Positions 1 through 8,424 are shown, counted from the first letter of the stretch. The stretch is 25,581 nucleotides of DNA from a virus (IMGVR_UViG_3300047288_000038:1-25581), one strand, 5' to 3'. Translations and numbers: made by a program. Notes: generated from the letters alone by a model not told the origin.

Positions 1-342
1 GCCAAGGTAGATGCAAAAGAAGCTAAGAAGCTCGAGCGCGAAGCTGCAAAGGCTGAAAAGGAACAAGCTAAGGCTGACGCTAAAGCTGCAAAAGAAGCAA
101 ACCGCCAGCCCGAGCAGAACGGTATTCGTCGTCCGGGCCCTGACGGTCTGTGCGGCCAAGTGTGGGGGATTGCCGACACCCTGTCCGCGCAACTGGGTCA
201 AGCTGTGCCTATTGCCAACCTGATTGAAGCTGGCGTCGCCGCTGGTCTCAACCCGAGCAACATCCGCACCGAATACGCTCGCTGGAAGAAATTCCATGGC
301 CTGAGCGGCCGGATTACGTTGCCGGAAGCTGCGTCAGAATAA
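1..342 (+). CDS. 5'-truncated hypothetical phage protein; Ala/Lys/Glu-rich region plus small C-terminal helical, possibly DNA-binding, domain
   Basis: Frame +1 is open from base 1 (AKVDAKEAKKLEREAAKAEKEQAKADAKAAKEANRQPEQNGIRRPGPDGLCGQVWGIAD...) to TAA at 340-342. The track ORF 160..342 is only its tail. Confidence 0.75.
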   Translation, partial: AKVDAKEAKKLEREAAKAEKEQAKADAKAAKEANRQPEQNGIRRPGPDGLCGQVWGIADTLSAQLGQAVPIANLIEAGVAAGLNPSNIRTEYARWKKFHGLSGRITLPEAASE

Positions 343-364
343 CTTTGCGTTAAACTGTTGCACC

Positions 365-390
365 GCCCGCTCTGTTTCCACGGAGCGGGC
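365..390 (+). promoter_or_regulatory. GC-rich stem-loop in the leader upstream of queE
   Basis: GCCCGCTCTG (365-374) pairs with CGGAGCGGGC (381-390), 10 bp with one G-U. No U-tract follows. Confidence 0.5.
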
Positions 391-432
391 ACCCTTACCT
401 CCCAGGCTTTGCCTGTAACCTATGGGATTAAA

Positions 433-1149
433 ATGAATATCCAACCGATTGAAAAGCGTCGCGAAAGCGACGGAACTTCCTTACAAGTTCATTCCGTCTT
501 TAATACAATTCAAGGCGAAGGTCCATTCACTGGACGTGCGGCGGTCTTTATCCGCCTCGCTGGTTGTAATCTACAATGCCCAGCGTGTGACACGGATTAC
601 ACGACCGACCGTTGGGACTCTACACCATTCACACTAACGCAGATGGCGCAAGAAATGCGACCTGCTCCCTCGCTTGTGGTCATCACAGGCGGGGAACCAT
701 TCCGCCAGAATATCTACCCGCTTGTGAATTCGCTTATCGAAGCGGGTTACACGGTACAGATCGAAACGAATGGAACACTTCCGCCACCTGACGGCCTTGT
801 GGAACTTTGCGCGACGAATACATCGATTCCGAATAAGTGCTTCATTGTGTGCAGCCCTAAAGCAGGTCGAGTGAATACTATTACCGCGACGCTCGCTTGT
901 GCTTACAAATACGTCATGGCGCATGACAGCGTGGCAGCTGATGGGCTTCCTTTGCTTGCACTTGACCACAGTGCGTCACCGCATGTTGCCCGCCCTCCGG
1001 AATGCTTTAGCGGTCCGATCTATCTGCAACCTTGCGACGACAAAGATGTTGTCGTTAATCAAGAGAACTTGAAAGCGTGCGTCAGATCTGTTATGTCACA
1101 CAATTACGTTCTTCAGTTGCAAGTTCATAAAATTATTGACATGGAGTGA
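433..1149 (+). CDS. queE: 7-carboxy-7-deazaguanine synthase (radical SAM)
   Basis: F.TIQGEGPFTG, IRLAGCNLQCPACDT (CxxxCxxC), ITGGEP, IETNG and LQLQVHK motifs. ATG at 433 is preferred over the track start at 358. Confidence 0.95.
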   Translation: MNIQPIEKRRESDGTSLQVHSVFNTIQGEGPFTGRAAVFIRLAGCNLQCPACDTDYTTDRWDSTPFTLTQMAQEMRPAPSLVVITGGEPFRQNIYPLVNSLIEAGYTVQIETNGTLPPPDGLVELCATNTSIPNKCFIVCSPKAGRVNTITATLACAYKYVMAHDSVAADGLPLLALDHSASPHVARPPECFSGPIYLQPCDDKDVVVNQENLKACVRSVMSHNYVLQLQVHKIIDME

Positions 1150-1151
1150 TT

Positions 1152-2528
1152 ATGTGTTCGATTGTCGGCGCACTGGTGCAGCGCATAGATACGCACCAAA
1201 AGGTTCAAGCTGTTAATGACATCCTAGAACATATCTGGCAAGCCAGTCACGAGCGAGGTCGCGATGGACGTGGGTTTGTCATTAACTCCAGTGCGGAGAG
1301 CGATCTGCAAGCATACAAAGACGTGACGCGAAGCAACGGGCGAGCGATGCAGGCGCCTGCTTTGCATAGAGTGTGTCGCTCTGCGACCATTGTCGGAAAC
1401 CTTCGAGCTGAACCGACTACTGAATTCGTTCGTGAAAAGCGTTTGTCTGATCAGCAGCCCTACACGTCCGGAAATTGGTCTATTGCCCATAACGGCACTA
1501 TTGCCAACGACCGCGAACTTCGTACGCAAGATCTTCCCACAGGTATTGACAGCGCAGCAATCGCGGAGCAGTTGGCGTCTGCTAATGGTACGCTGGGCGA
1601 CTTTGTAGAAGTTATCCATAAGCTCAAGGGTAGCTATGCAATCTTGGCAACCCATACAGGGCACACGGACAAACTGTTCGTCGCTGCAAACTATCGCCCA
1701 ATCTGGTACATCGACACGCCTTATGGTGTCTTCTTTGCAAGCTCGCGTGATTACCTTCCGCAGGAATATCCGTCGCGCATGTTAAAGCCCTACACAGCGG
1801 CACTATTCGATATGAATGGTCTGCGTAAAGAAGTGACCTTGTATCGAGATAATGTACAGGGCGAACGTGCGCTGGTCGTGTGCAGCGGTGGCCTGGACAG
1901 CGTGGTCAGTGCGGCTTACGCACAGCGGGAACTCGGCTTGGATATCCACCTGATTCACTTTCTGTACGGTAGCCGCGCAGAAGGTCCTGAGGTGAAAGCA
2001 ATACAAGCGGTCGCGGAGTACCTTGGTGCGGAATTGTCACTGTTTAACCTGCCTGTCTATTCGAAAGGTGATTCACCATTGCTGGATCCCGATAGTAAAG
2101 TGGCGGGAGGAGAAGCTGGTGCAGAGTTCGCTCACGAATGGGTTCCTGCCCGGAACCTGCTGCTCCTGTCCGTTGCAACTGCATTCGCAGAGGCGCGAGG
2201 CATTGACACCATCGTTCTTGGAAACAACCTTGAAGAAGCTGGTGCATACCCTGACAACGAACCGGAGTTCATTGCCCGCTTCAATGATTTGCTTCCCTTC
2301 GCTGTTGGTGATGGAAAGCGAATGCGGGTTATTATGCCCGTAGGCAACCTTATGAAGCATGAGATTGTCGAACTTGGGAACCGCATTGGCGCCCCTATGC
2401 ACTTGACTTGGAGCTGCTATCGCGCCGGTGAATTGCATTGTGGAACCTGCGGCCCGTGCTTCATGAGACGTAAAGCGTTTGAAATTAACAACATTCCCGA
2501 AGTCATTTCTTATAAGGACGAACAATGA
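1152..2528 (+). CDS. queC: Glutamine amidotransferase (class II)-QueC fusion (Gat-QueC)
   Basis: Starts M-C-S-I (Ntn catalytic Cys) at ATG 1152 after GGAG. GATase motifs ERGRDG and HNGTIAN are followed by QueC motifs SGGLDS, VPARN, YPD, TWSCY and CGTCGPC. Confidence 0.93.
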   Translation: MCSIVGALVQRIDTHQKVQAVNDILEHIWQASHERGRDGRGFVINSSAESDLQAYKDVTRSNGRAMQAPALHRVCRSATIVGNLRAEPTTEFVREKRLSDQQPYTSGNWSIAHNGTIANDRELRTQDLPTGIDSAAIAEQLASANGTLGDFVEVIHKLKGSYAILATHTGHTDKLFVAANYRPIWYIDTPYGVFFASSRDYLPQEYPSRMLKPYTAALFDMNGLRKEVTLYRDNVQGERALVVCSGGLDSVVSAAYAQRELGLDIHLIHFLYGSRAEGPEVKAIQAVAEYLGAELSLFNLPVYSKGDSPLLDPDSKVAGGEAGAEFAHEWVPARNLLLLSVATAFAEARGIDTIVLGNNLEEAGAYPDNEPEFIARFNDLLPFAVGDGKRMRVIMPVGNLMKHEIVELGNRIGAPMHLTWSCYRAGELHCGTCGPCFMRRKAFEINNIPEVISYKDEQ

Positions 2529-2968
2529 AACGAATTACAGCAGAACGATATCACGATATCAGCACGGGCCACCGCGTCGTAGGCCATGAAAACAAGTGCC
2601 GTCACCTTCACGGTCACAACTACCGAATTCACTTTGTTTGTGAAGCTGACGAACTGGATACAGTGGGGCGCGTCATTGACTTCGGTGTGATCAAAGAAAA
2701 GCTGTGCATGTGGGTTGAGAACTATTGGGATCACAAGTTCCTGGCATGGGAGCGTGATCCTGTAATGACGCTCGCATGTGACCACATGGAGCACGACGAA
2801 TTCTTTAATGCGTCCGTCGTATTTGTACCGTTTAATCCGACTGCTGAAAACATGGCTCAACACCTTGTGGAAGTAATTGGCCCGCAACAACTCGCTGACA
2901 CTGGTGTGACGCTGGTGTCTGTCCGTATCGAAGAGACTGCTAAGTGCAGCGCATCATTTCACGCTTAA
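2525..2968 (+). CDS. queD: 6-carboxy-5,6,7,8-tetrahydropterin synthase
   Basis: GHR...KCRHLHGHNY, VIDFG, DHKFL, PTAEN and EET motifs. ATGA overlap with gat-queC. Confidence 0.95.
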   Translation: MKRITAERYHDISTGHRVVGHENKCRHLHGHNYRIHFVCEADELDTVGRVIDFGVIKEKLCMWVENYWDHKFLAWERDPVMTLACDHMEHDEFFNASVVFVPFNPTAENMAQHLVEVIGPQQLADTGVTLVSVRIEETAKCSASFHA

Positions 2969-2978
2969 GGAGCAAAAC

Positions 2979-3890
2979 ATGCAAACAAAATTGACTCACG
3001 ACCGAATTGGCGCACTGGTGGCACAAACCTCTGAAGCGATTCGCCAATACGCACATGGCGGCACAGTGCCGATCGCGGCCCTTACGGCCTACGCTGTGCC
3101 ACGCGGGGGCATTCCCGTAGCGTATGCGCTGCAAGGCGTGCTCGGTTTCCAGCTTACCGACGATCCTGCCGACGCCGATTTCTTTATTGATGATCTTATT
3201 GACAGCGGTTCGACCTGCGAACGCTACTGCGACGAGCATCCGGGAAAACCTTTCTTTGCTCTAATTGACAAGCGCATTGACAGCGAGTTCAAAGATTTGT
3301 GGATTGTGTTTCCTTGGGAAGTAACGGACAGTGGCAAGGACGAATCCGCAACGGATGCGATCGTTCGTCTGTTGCAATTTGTGGGTGAAGATGCAGATCG
3401 CGAAGGTCTGCAAGAAACTCCCGCTCGTGTGGTCAAAGCGTGGCGCCATTGGTGCAGTGGGTACGGTAAGGACGCCGGTTCGTTGCTCAAAGTGTTCGAA
3501 GATGGTGCAGAGCGTTATGATCAGATGGTTCTGGTAAAAGACATTCCAATCTATTCCCATTGCGAACACCACTTGGCAGCAATCATTGGCACTGCATCCA
3601 TCGCTTACATCCCTGACGGTAAGATTGTAGGCTTGTCAAAGCTGTCACGCCTTGCTGATATGTTTGCGCGACGTCTGCAAGTGCAGGAACGACTCACGGA
3701 TCAGATTGCTGACGCACTGGTAGAACACCTCCAGCCTTTGGGCGTCGGCGTGCTAATTAAAGCGCGTCATCTCTGCATGGAATCGCGAGGTATCTGCCAG
3801 CAGGGGCATCATACAGTGACCACAGCTCTTCGAGGCGCCATCAAAGACGAAGCTCAAACTAGAGCTGAGTTTTTACGTCTTGCGGACTGA
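2979..3890 (+). CDS. folE: GTP cyclohydrolase I with N-terminal type I phosphoribosyltransferase-like domain
   Basis: C-terminal FolE motifs REGLQETPARV, SHCEHH, VGLSKLSR, RRLQVQERLT and HLCMESRG. The N-terminal ~114 aa carry VPRGG, FFIDDLIDSGST (PRPP loop) and WIVFPWE. AAGGAG RBS. Confidence 0.92.
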   Translation: MQTKLTHDRIGALVAQTSEAIRQYAHGGTVPIAALTAYAVPRGGIPVAYALQGVLGFQLTDDPADADFFIDDLIDSGSTCERYCDEHPGKPFFALIDKRIDSEFKDLWIVFPWEVTDSGKDESATDAIVRLLQFVGEDADREGLQETPARVVKAWRHWCSGYGKDAGSLLKVFEDGAERYDQMVLVKDIPIYSHCEHHLAAIIGTASIAYIPDGKIVGLSKLSRLADMFARRLQVQERLTDQIADALVEHLQPLGVGVLIKARHLCMESRGICQQGHHTVTTALRGAIKDEAQTRAEFLRLAD

Positions 3891-3908
3891 ATTAACGCCC
3901 GTTAAAAT
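3880..3908 (+). promoter_or_regulatory. Putative sigma70 promoter for dpdA-clamp-pol, overlapped by a palindrome
   Basis: TTGCGG (3880-3885), 17 nt, TAAAAT (3903-3908). Inverted repeat TTAACG-CC-CGTTAA at 3892-3905. Confidence 0.5.
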
Positions 3909-3917
3909 GTAGCAAGC

Positions 3918-3942
3918 GCAGGGCCTACGCGGCCCTGCTTTT
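3918..3942 (+). terminator. Intrinsic terminator-like hairpin between folE and dpdA
   Basis: GCAGGGCC-TACGC-GGCCCTGC followed by TTTT. Confidence 0.6.
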
Positions 3943-3957
3943 GTGACTGGAGGTTCT

Positions 3958-4881
3958 ATGAACATTTTTATGGCGGCGGTATATACGAACTCCTATATGC
4001 AGGGTCAGAACCGTTATCTTAAATTGAACGATCGTGAAAAAGATATCGTTCATAATATCCCGCATATCCTGGAGTCATACCACTACATCGGATCACAGCG
4101 TTATCTTGACCAGATGCGAGCCGACAATGCACAGGTCTTTCTTGACTCCGGTGCGTTCTCTGCTTACACGCTCGGAGTTGAAATTGACTTGCCAACATAT
4201 TGTGACTATATCAAGCGCAACATGGATCTTTGGCGTGTAGAAGACGGGGTCGTGATGGCGTCCGTGCTTGACGGTATTGGTGATCCGCTTAAGACATACC
4301 AGAACCAGCTCCACATGGAGCAGCTTGGCGCAAAGCCACTTCCCTGTTTTCATGCAGGCGAAGACGAACGATATCTGGAGTATTACGTCCAAAATTACGA
4401 ATATATCACGCTTGGCGGCATGGTGGGCAGCTCTACGAAGCAGCTTTGCATATGGCTTGACCGCATGTGGGAGCGTTACCTTACCGATGGCAGCGGACGC
4501 CCGCGCCTGAAGGTGCATGGATTCGGTATTACCGCCATTCCAATCATGGAGCGTTATCCATGGTATAGCGTGGATTCGTCCTCCTGGATTCAGTCTGCTG
4601 CATTCGGTAGCATCATCACCCCAGACTGGGGGCCGTTATCCGTATCAGAAAAGTCACCGTCCAGGCACGACGCTGGACAGCACGCAACGACGCTCACAGC
4701 TATCGAGCAGGACTACGTCTTGCAGATGCTGGAGAAGCAGGGTTTCACATATGAGCGTCTGAGTAGTGTGTATGAGTCCCGAGCAGCCTATAATCTGTGG
4801 GCGTTCGGTGTTATCAACGAAATGATGAACGCTCAGAACAACTATGAGCAATTCACTCACCAAGTCCAGGAGCTCTTCTAA
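3958..4881 (+). CDS. dpdA: DpdA-like DNA 7-deazaguanine transglycosylase (TGT fold)
   Basis: FLDSGAFS, PCFH, LGGMV, VHGFG and SVDSSSW motifs, located next to the preQ0 synthesis genes. ATG 3958 follows GGAGG. Confidence 0.8.
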   Translation: MNIFMAAVYTNSYMQGQNRYLKLNDREKDIVHNIPHILESYHYIGSQRYLDQMRADNAQVFLDSGAFSAYTLGVEIDLPTYCDYIKRNMDLWRVEDGVVMASVLDGIGDPLKTYQNQLHMEQLGAKPLPCFHAGEDERYLEYYVQNYEYITLGGMVGSSTKQLCIWLDRMWERYLTDGSGRPRLKVHGFGITAIPIMERYPWYSVDSSSWIQSAAFGSIITPDWGPLSVSEKSPSRHDAGQHATTLTAIEQDYVLQMLEKQGFTYERLSSVYESRAAYNLWAFGVINEMMNAQNNYEQFTHQVQELF

Positions 4882-5840
4882 TGCTTGCAGAATTAAAGTT
4901 TGTGCAGGGTGCAGTCGCTAAAAAAGATTTCATCCCATCGCTGTCCCACTTTGTAATCGAGAACGGAACAGTCCGTGGATATAACGGTATGCTGGCACTT
5001 TGCACGCCCATTCCGTTTGACATTGAATGCAAACCCAAGGCTGAACCGCTTGTCAAAGCGATCAGCAACTGCACAGAGACCGTTCAACTTGCACTAACGG
5101 CAGCAGGGCGCCTATCGATTAAGAGCGGTAAGTTCAAGGCTTTTGTGGATTGCCATCCGGACGAAAGCACGCCACACGTTCAGCCTGAAGGCGAGCATGT
5201 GGTCATAGATGGCGCTGCAATGCTGCAGGCCTTAAAGGTCGTCTATCCGTTTATTGGTGACGATGCTTCCCGTCCATGGTCGAATGGTGTGTTGCTGTTG
5301 GGGCAAAGTGCATTCGCGACCAATAACATCACGCTCGTTGAATACTGGACTGGGTCTAGCGTTCCAAAACCGTTAAACATACCAAGAGCAGCGATTAAGG
5401 AATTACTTCGCATTGACGAAGCTCCTGAAGCTGTGCAGATGACCGAGACGTCTATCACTTTCCATTTCACAAAGGGGCGCTGGCTTCGAACGCAACTGTT
5501 CGCAACACAGTGGCCTGATCTGACAAAGGTGTTGGGGCGGGATAGTGACCCGCAACCATTGGACGATCGATTGTTCGAAGCACTTAAGACATTGAAACCA
5601 TTCACTGATAAAGCTGGTCGCATCATTTTTAGAGGCGCTGGTAAAATAGCAACCCATGACGATGAAACCGAAGGGGCTGGCTATGAAATTGACGGGTTTG
5701 ACCACACTGGCGTCTATCAGATTGATATGCTGAATCTTCTTAACGGTAACGCAAAGTCTATCGACTGGTCTGCTTACCCGTCGCCTTGTATGTTCTTTGG
5801 TGACCGTTTGCGTGGCGCCATTATCGGGATGAAGCAGTAA
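4881..5840 (+). CDS. DNA polymerase sliding clamp (beta-subunit-like) protein
   Basis: 319 aa. Beta-clamp-like segments include AVAKKDFIPSLSHF, IGDDASRPWSNGV, AFATN and QWPDL. TAATG overlaps with both neighbours, and it lies directly before the polymerase. Confidence 0.7.
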   Translation: MLAELKFVQGAVAKKDFIPSLSHFVIENGTVRGYNGMLALCTPIPFDIECKPKAEPLVKAISNCTETVQLALTAAGRLSIKSGKFKAFVDCHPDESTPHVQPEGEHVVIDGAAMLQALKVVYPFIGDDASRPWSNGVLLLGQSAFATNNITLVEYWTGSSVPKPLNIPRAAIKELLRIDEAPEAVQMTETSITFHFTKGRWLRTQLFATQWPDLTKVLGRDSDPQPLDDRLFEALKTLKPFTDKAGRIIFRGAGKIATHDDETEGAGYEIDGFDHTGVYQIDMLNLLNGNAKSIDWSAYPSPCMFFGDRLRGAIIGMKQ

Positions 5841-7873
5841 TGTCACGAGCGGATATCTGCGGGTTTTTCTGGGACGATACACCACCGCCAAAGCCCCCAA
5901 AGGCCGAGAAGCCCAAGCGCACGCCGCCGGAGCGCACTTGGGAGCGTCCAGACTACCTTCCCGGCCTAAACGATGCTTTAGCGTTCCGCGTTCCGCAGTT
6001 TGAAGACTGGGAGCTTGCGATCGCTGCTGCAAAGCGCGAACGGTTCGTGTTCGACATCGAGTGCTATTGCAACTATTTCTTGATCGCTTTCACTTCGCTT
6101 GCAAGCGGAAAGGTTATCTATTTCGAGCGCACAGCGAACCATGATTTCAACCGCGACAAGTTGCAATGGATTGTCAATACGTTCTGCCTTGTGAGCTTTA
6201 ACGGTATCGAATACGATATACCAATTCTATCCATGGCTTTAGCTGGTAAGTCTAACGCACAGCTAAAAGCAGCAACGAATGAAATTATTGCAAACGGAAC
6301 GCGCCCGTCCGATGTGCTTCGCACTTACAAAGTAAAGGCGCTAAAGCCCAACCACATTGACCTGATTGAAGTTGCACCGCTTCGCGCCAGTCTTAAGATC
6401 TATGGCGGACGCTTGCACGCTCCAAGAATGCAGGATTTACCGTTCCACCCTGAGACAACTTTGTCCCCTGAGCAGATGGCGATCGTTCGCTGGTATTGCG
6501 TCAATGACTTAACGAATACCGCTATTCTTCACGAATCGCTTAAAGAGCAGGTTGAGCTTCGCGAGTCCATGGGTAAAGAATACAAGATGGATCTTCGTAG
6601 TAAGTCCGACGCGCAGATTGCTGAAGCTGTTATTGCGGAGGAGATTGAACGCTTGAACGGAGTGCGTTCGCAGCGGCCAGTCATTGAACCTGGAACCCGT
6701 TACAAATACAAGATTCCGCACTTTATCAAGTACCAATCCCCTCTCATGAATTGGGCGCTGGATGTTGTTCGGAACGCCAACTTTATTGTTAGCGAAGACG
6801 GTAACGTGGGGATGCCCGAAGAGCTCAAGGCGCTACGCTTGCAGCTTGCGAACGGGGTCTATCGCATGGGCATTGGCGGTCTGCACAGCTCGGAGCAGTG
6901 TGCCGCGCATTACGCTGACGCCAATACACTGCTCATTGACCGTGACGTGACGTCTTATTACCCGTATATCATTCTGAATCAGGGTCTTTACCCGCAACAC
7001 TTGGGCCCCAACTTCTTGAAGGTCTATCGCACGCTTGTCGATAGGCGTATTGCAGCAAAGCACGCGGGAAACAAAGTCATCGCAGACTCGCTTAAGATTA
7101 CGATTAACGGGTCATTCGGCAAGCTCGGAAGTAGATATTCCGTTCTGTACGCTCCCGACCTACTAATCCAGACAACGGTGACGGGTCAGTTATCTTTGCT
7201 GATGCTAATTGAGCGCCTGGAGCTGGTAGGCATACCTGTGGTCAGCGCAAACACGGATGGCATCGTTATCAAGTGCCCCACAGCACGCCAAGCGGAATGT
7301 GATGCGATTGTGAAGCAGTGGGAGACCGATACGGGTTTTGAAACGGAAGACACGCAGTACCTCGCAGTCTTTAGTCGAGACGTGAATAATTACATTGCAG
7401 TAAAGAAAAAGTTTGACAAAGAAACAAAGCAGTGGCTCTACAAGCCGGACGGGTGCAAGACTAAGGGTGCCTATGCAAACCCAGAGAAGCCTTCCGACCG
7501 ATTGCACAAGAATCCAACGAACCAAATCTGCGTCGATGCGGTCATTGCATTGCTGACGCATGGAACGCCTGTAATGACCACAGTACGCTCTTGCACCGAT
7601 ATCCGGAAGTTCGTGTCCGTTCGTACTGTAAAAGGTGGCGCAGTTAAAGACGGTCAGTTCCTGGGCAAGTCTATCCGCTGGTACTATGCAGCAGGCGAAG
7701 ACGGTGAAATTGTGTATGCTGACAGCGGGAACAAGGTTCCGCGTTCTGAAGGTGCAAAGCCGCTGATGGACTTGCCTGCAGAATTTCCGCAAGACGTGAA
7801 TTATGAATGGTACGAGCGCGAAGCCGAGCGGATGCTAGTTGATATCGGTTATATGGAAAAACCGTCGAACTAA
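5840..7873 (+). CDS. Family B DNA polymerase with 3'-5' exonuclease
   Basis: Exonuclease motifs FDIECY, SFNGIEYD and YCVND. Polymerase motifs DRDVTSYYP, KITINGSFGKLG and SANTDGI. Confidence 0.9.
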   Translation: MSRADICGFFWDDTPPPKPPKAEKPKRTPPERTWERPDYLPGLNDALAFRVPQFEDWELAIAAAKRERFVFDIECYCNYFLIAFTSLASGKVIYFERTANHDFNRDKLQWIVNTFCLVSFNGIEYDIPILSMALAGKSNAQLKAATNEIIANGTRPSDVLRTYKVKALKPNHIDLIEVAPLRASLKIYGGRLHAPRMQDLPFHPETTLSPEQMAIVRWYCVNDLTNTAILHESLKEQVELRESMGKEYKMDLRSKSDAQIAEAVIAEEIERLNGVRSQRPVIEPGTRYKYKIPHFIKYQSPLMNWALDVVRNANFIVSEDGNVGMPEELKALRLQLANGVYRMGIGGLHSSEQCAAHYADANTLLIDRDVTSYYPYIILNQGLYPQHLGPNFLKVYRTLVDRRIAAKHAGNKVIADSLKITINGSFGKLGSRYSVLYAPDLLIQTTVTGQLSLLMLIERLELVGIPVVSANTDGIVIKCPTARQAECDAIVKQWETDTGFETEDTQYLAVFSRDVNNYIAVKKKFDKETKQWLYKPDGCKTKGAYANPEKPSDRLHKNPTNQICVDAVIALLTHGTPVMTTVRSCTDIRKFVSVRTVKGGAVKDGQFLGKSIRWYYAAGEDGEIVYADSGNKVPRSEGAKPLMDLPAEFPQDVNYEWYEREAERMLVDIGYMEKPSN

Positions 7874-7881
7874 AGATTTCT

Positions 7882-7909
7882 TTGCATAGTTCTAGATTTG
7901 TCCTATACT
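7882..7909 (+). promoter_or_regulatory. Putative sigma70 promoter
   Basis: TTGCAT (7882-7887), 16 nt, TATACT (7904-7909), in an AT-rich gap after the polymerase gene. Confidence 0.55.
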
Positions 7910-7939
7910 GCAAACACATCCAACACAAAGGAGATTGAC

Positions 7940-8203
7940 ATGGGTGACATGGCAGACACGATGAACGCATTGAAAGCGTATCACAAAGAGAAACGGGAAG
8001 CGAAGGCTGAGGTGAATATCGGTAAGCTGGAACGCATGGGAATTCCAGCAAGCGAACAGTCCAAGAATGTGTTCCGCATTGACACCGAGCATGGAGCGGT
8101 GATGTATTACCCGCCTAGCAACAAGTGGCAACACCGCGGCAAAGTGCATCGCGGTGACGTGCAAGCCTTTAAGGGCTGGCTCCAGAATAACAGTTACCTC
8201 TAA
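7940..8203 (+). CDS. Small basic hypothetical protein (87 aa)
   Basis: AAGGAG RBS precedes ATG 7940 (MGDMADTMNALK...). The track TTG start at 7898 lies inside the promoter. Confidence 0.75.
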   Translation: MGDMADTMNALKAYHKEKREAKAEVNIGKLERMGIPASEQSKNVFRIDTEHGAVMYYPPSNKWQHRGKVHRGDVQAFKGWLQNNSYL

Positions 8204-8211
8204 GGACTAAC

Positions 8212-8424
8212 ATGAAACGCACTAGCACACTGAAAGATCACTTCTACGTTATCTGTGCAATCCTGGCAGGTCTTATTCTGTTTGGAATTGTAGGCGGAAT
8301 GGATGCTGAAGACGAACAGGCGCAGCTCGAGCATTATTGCGAGATGGTGAAGCTCAACAAAAAAGACCCATCTGCGGGCTGGCCGGATTACGACGGCATC
8401 TATAAGACAGCTTGCAACAAGTAA
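8212..8424 (+). CDS. Small membrane-anchored hypothetical protein
   Basis: AAGGA RBS. One hydrophobic segment (FYVICAILAGLILFGIVGG) is followed by a soluble part with two Cys. Confidence 0.75.
   Translation: MKRTSTLKDHFYVICAILAGLILFGIVGGMDAEDEQAQLEHYCEMVKLNKKDPSAGWPDYDGIYKTACNK

Noticed and set aside
11-223. 70-aa basic ORF
   Set aside because: It is an out-of-frame shadow of the AKE-rich gene in frame +1.
433-3890. Host-type queuosine tRNA-modification operon
   Set aside because: No queF, queA or canonical tgt is present. The phage context, Gat-QueC and the dpdA-like gene coupled to replication genes point to DNA modification.
3949-3975. GGAGGTTCTA resembling the start of a preQ1-I riboswitch
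   Set aside because: There is no complementary CCTC strand or A-rich tail. It is simply the dpdA SD and start.
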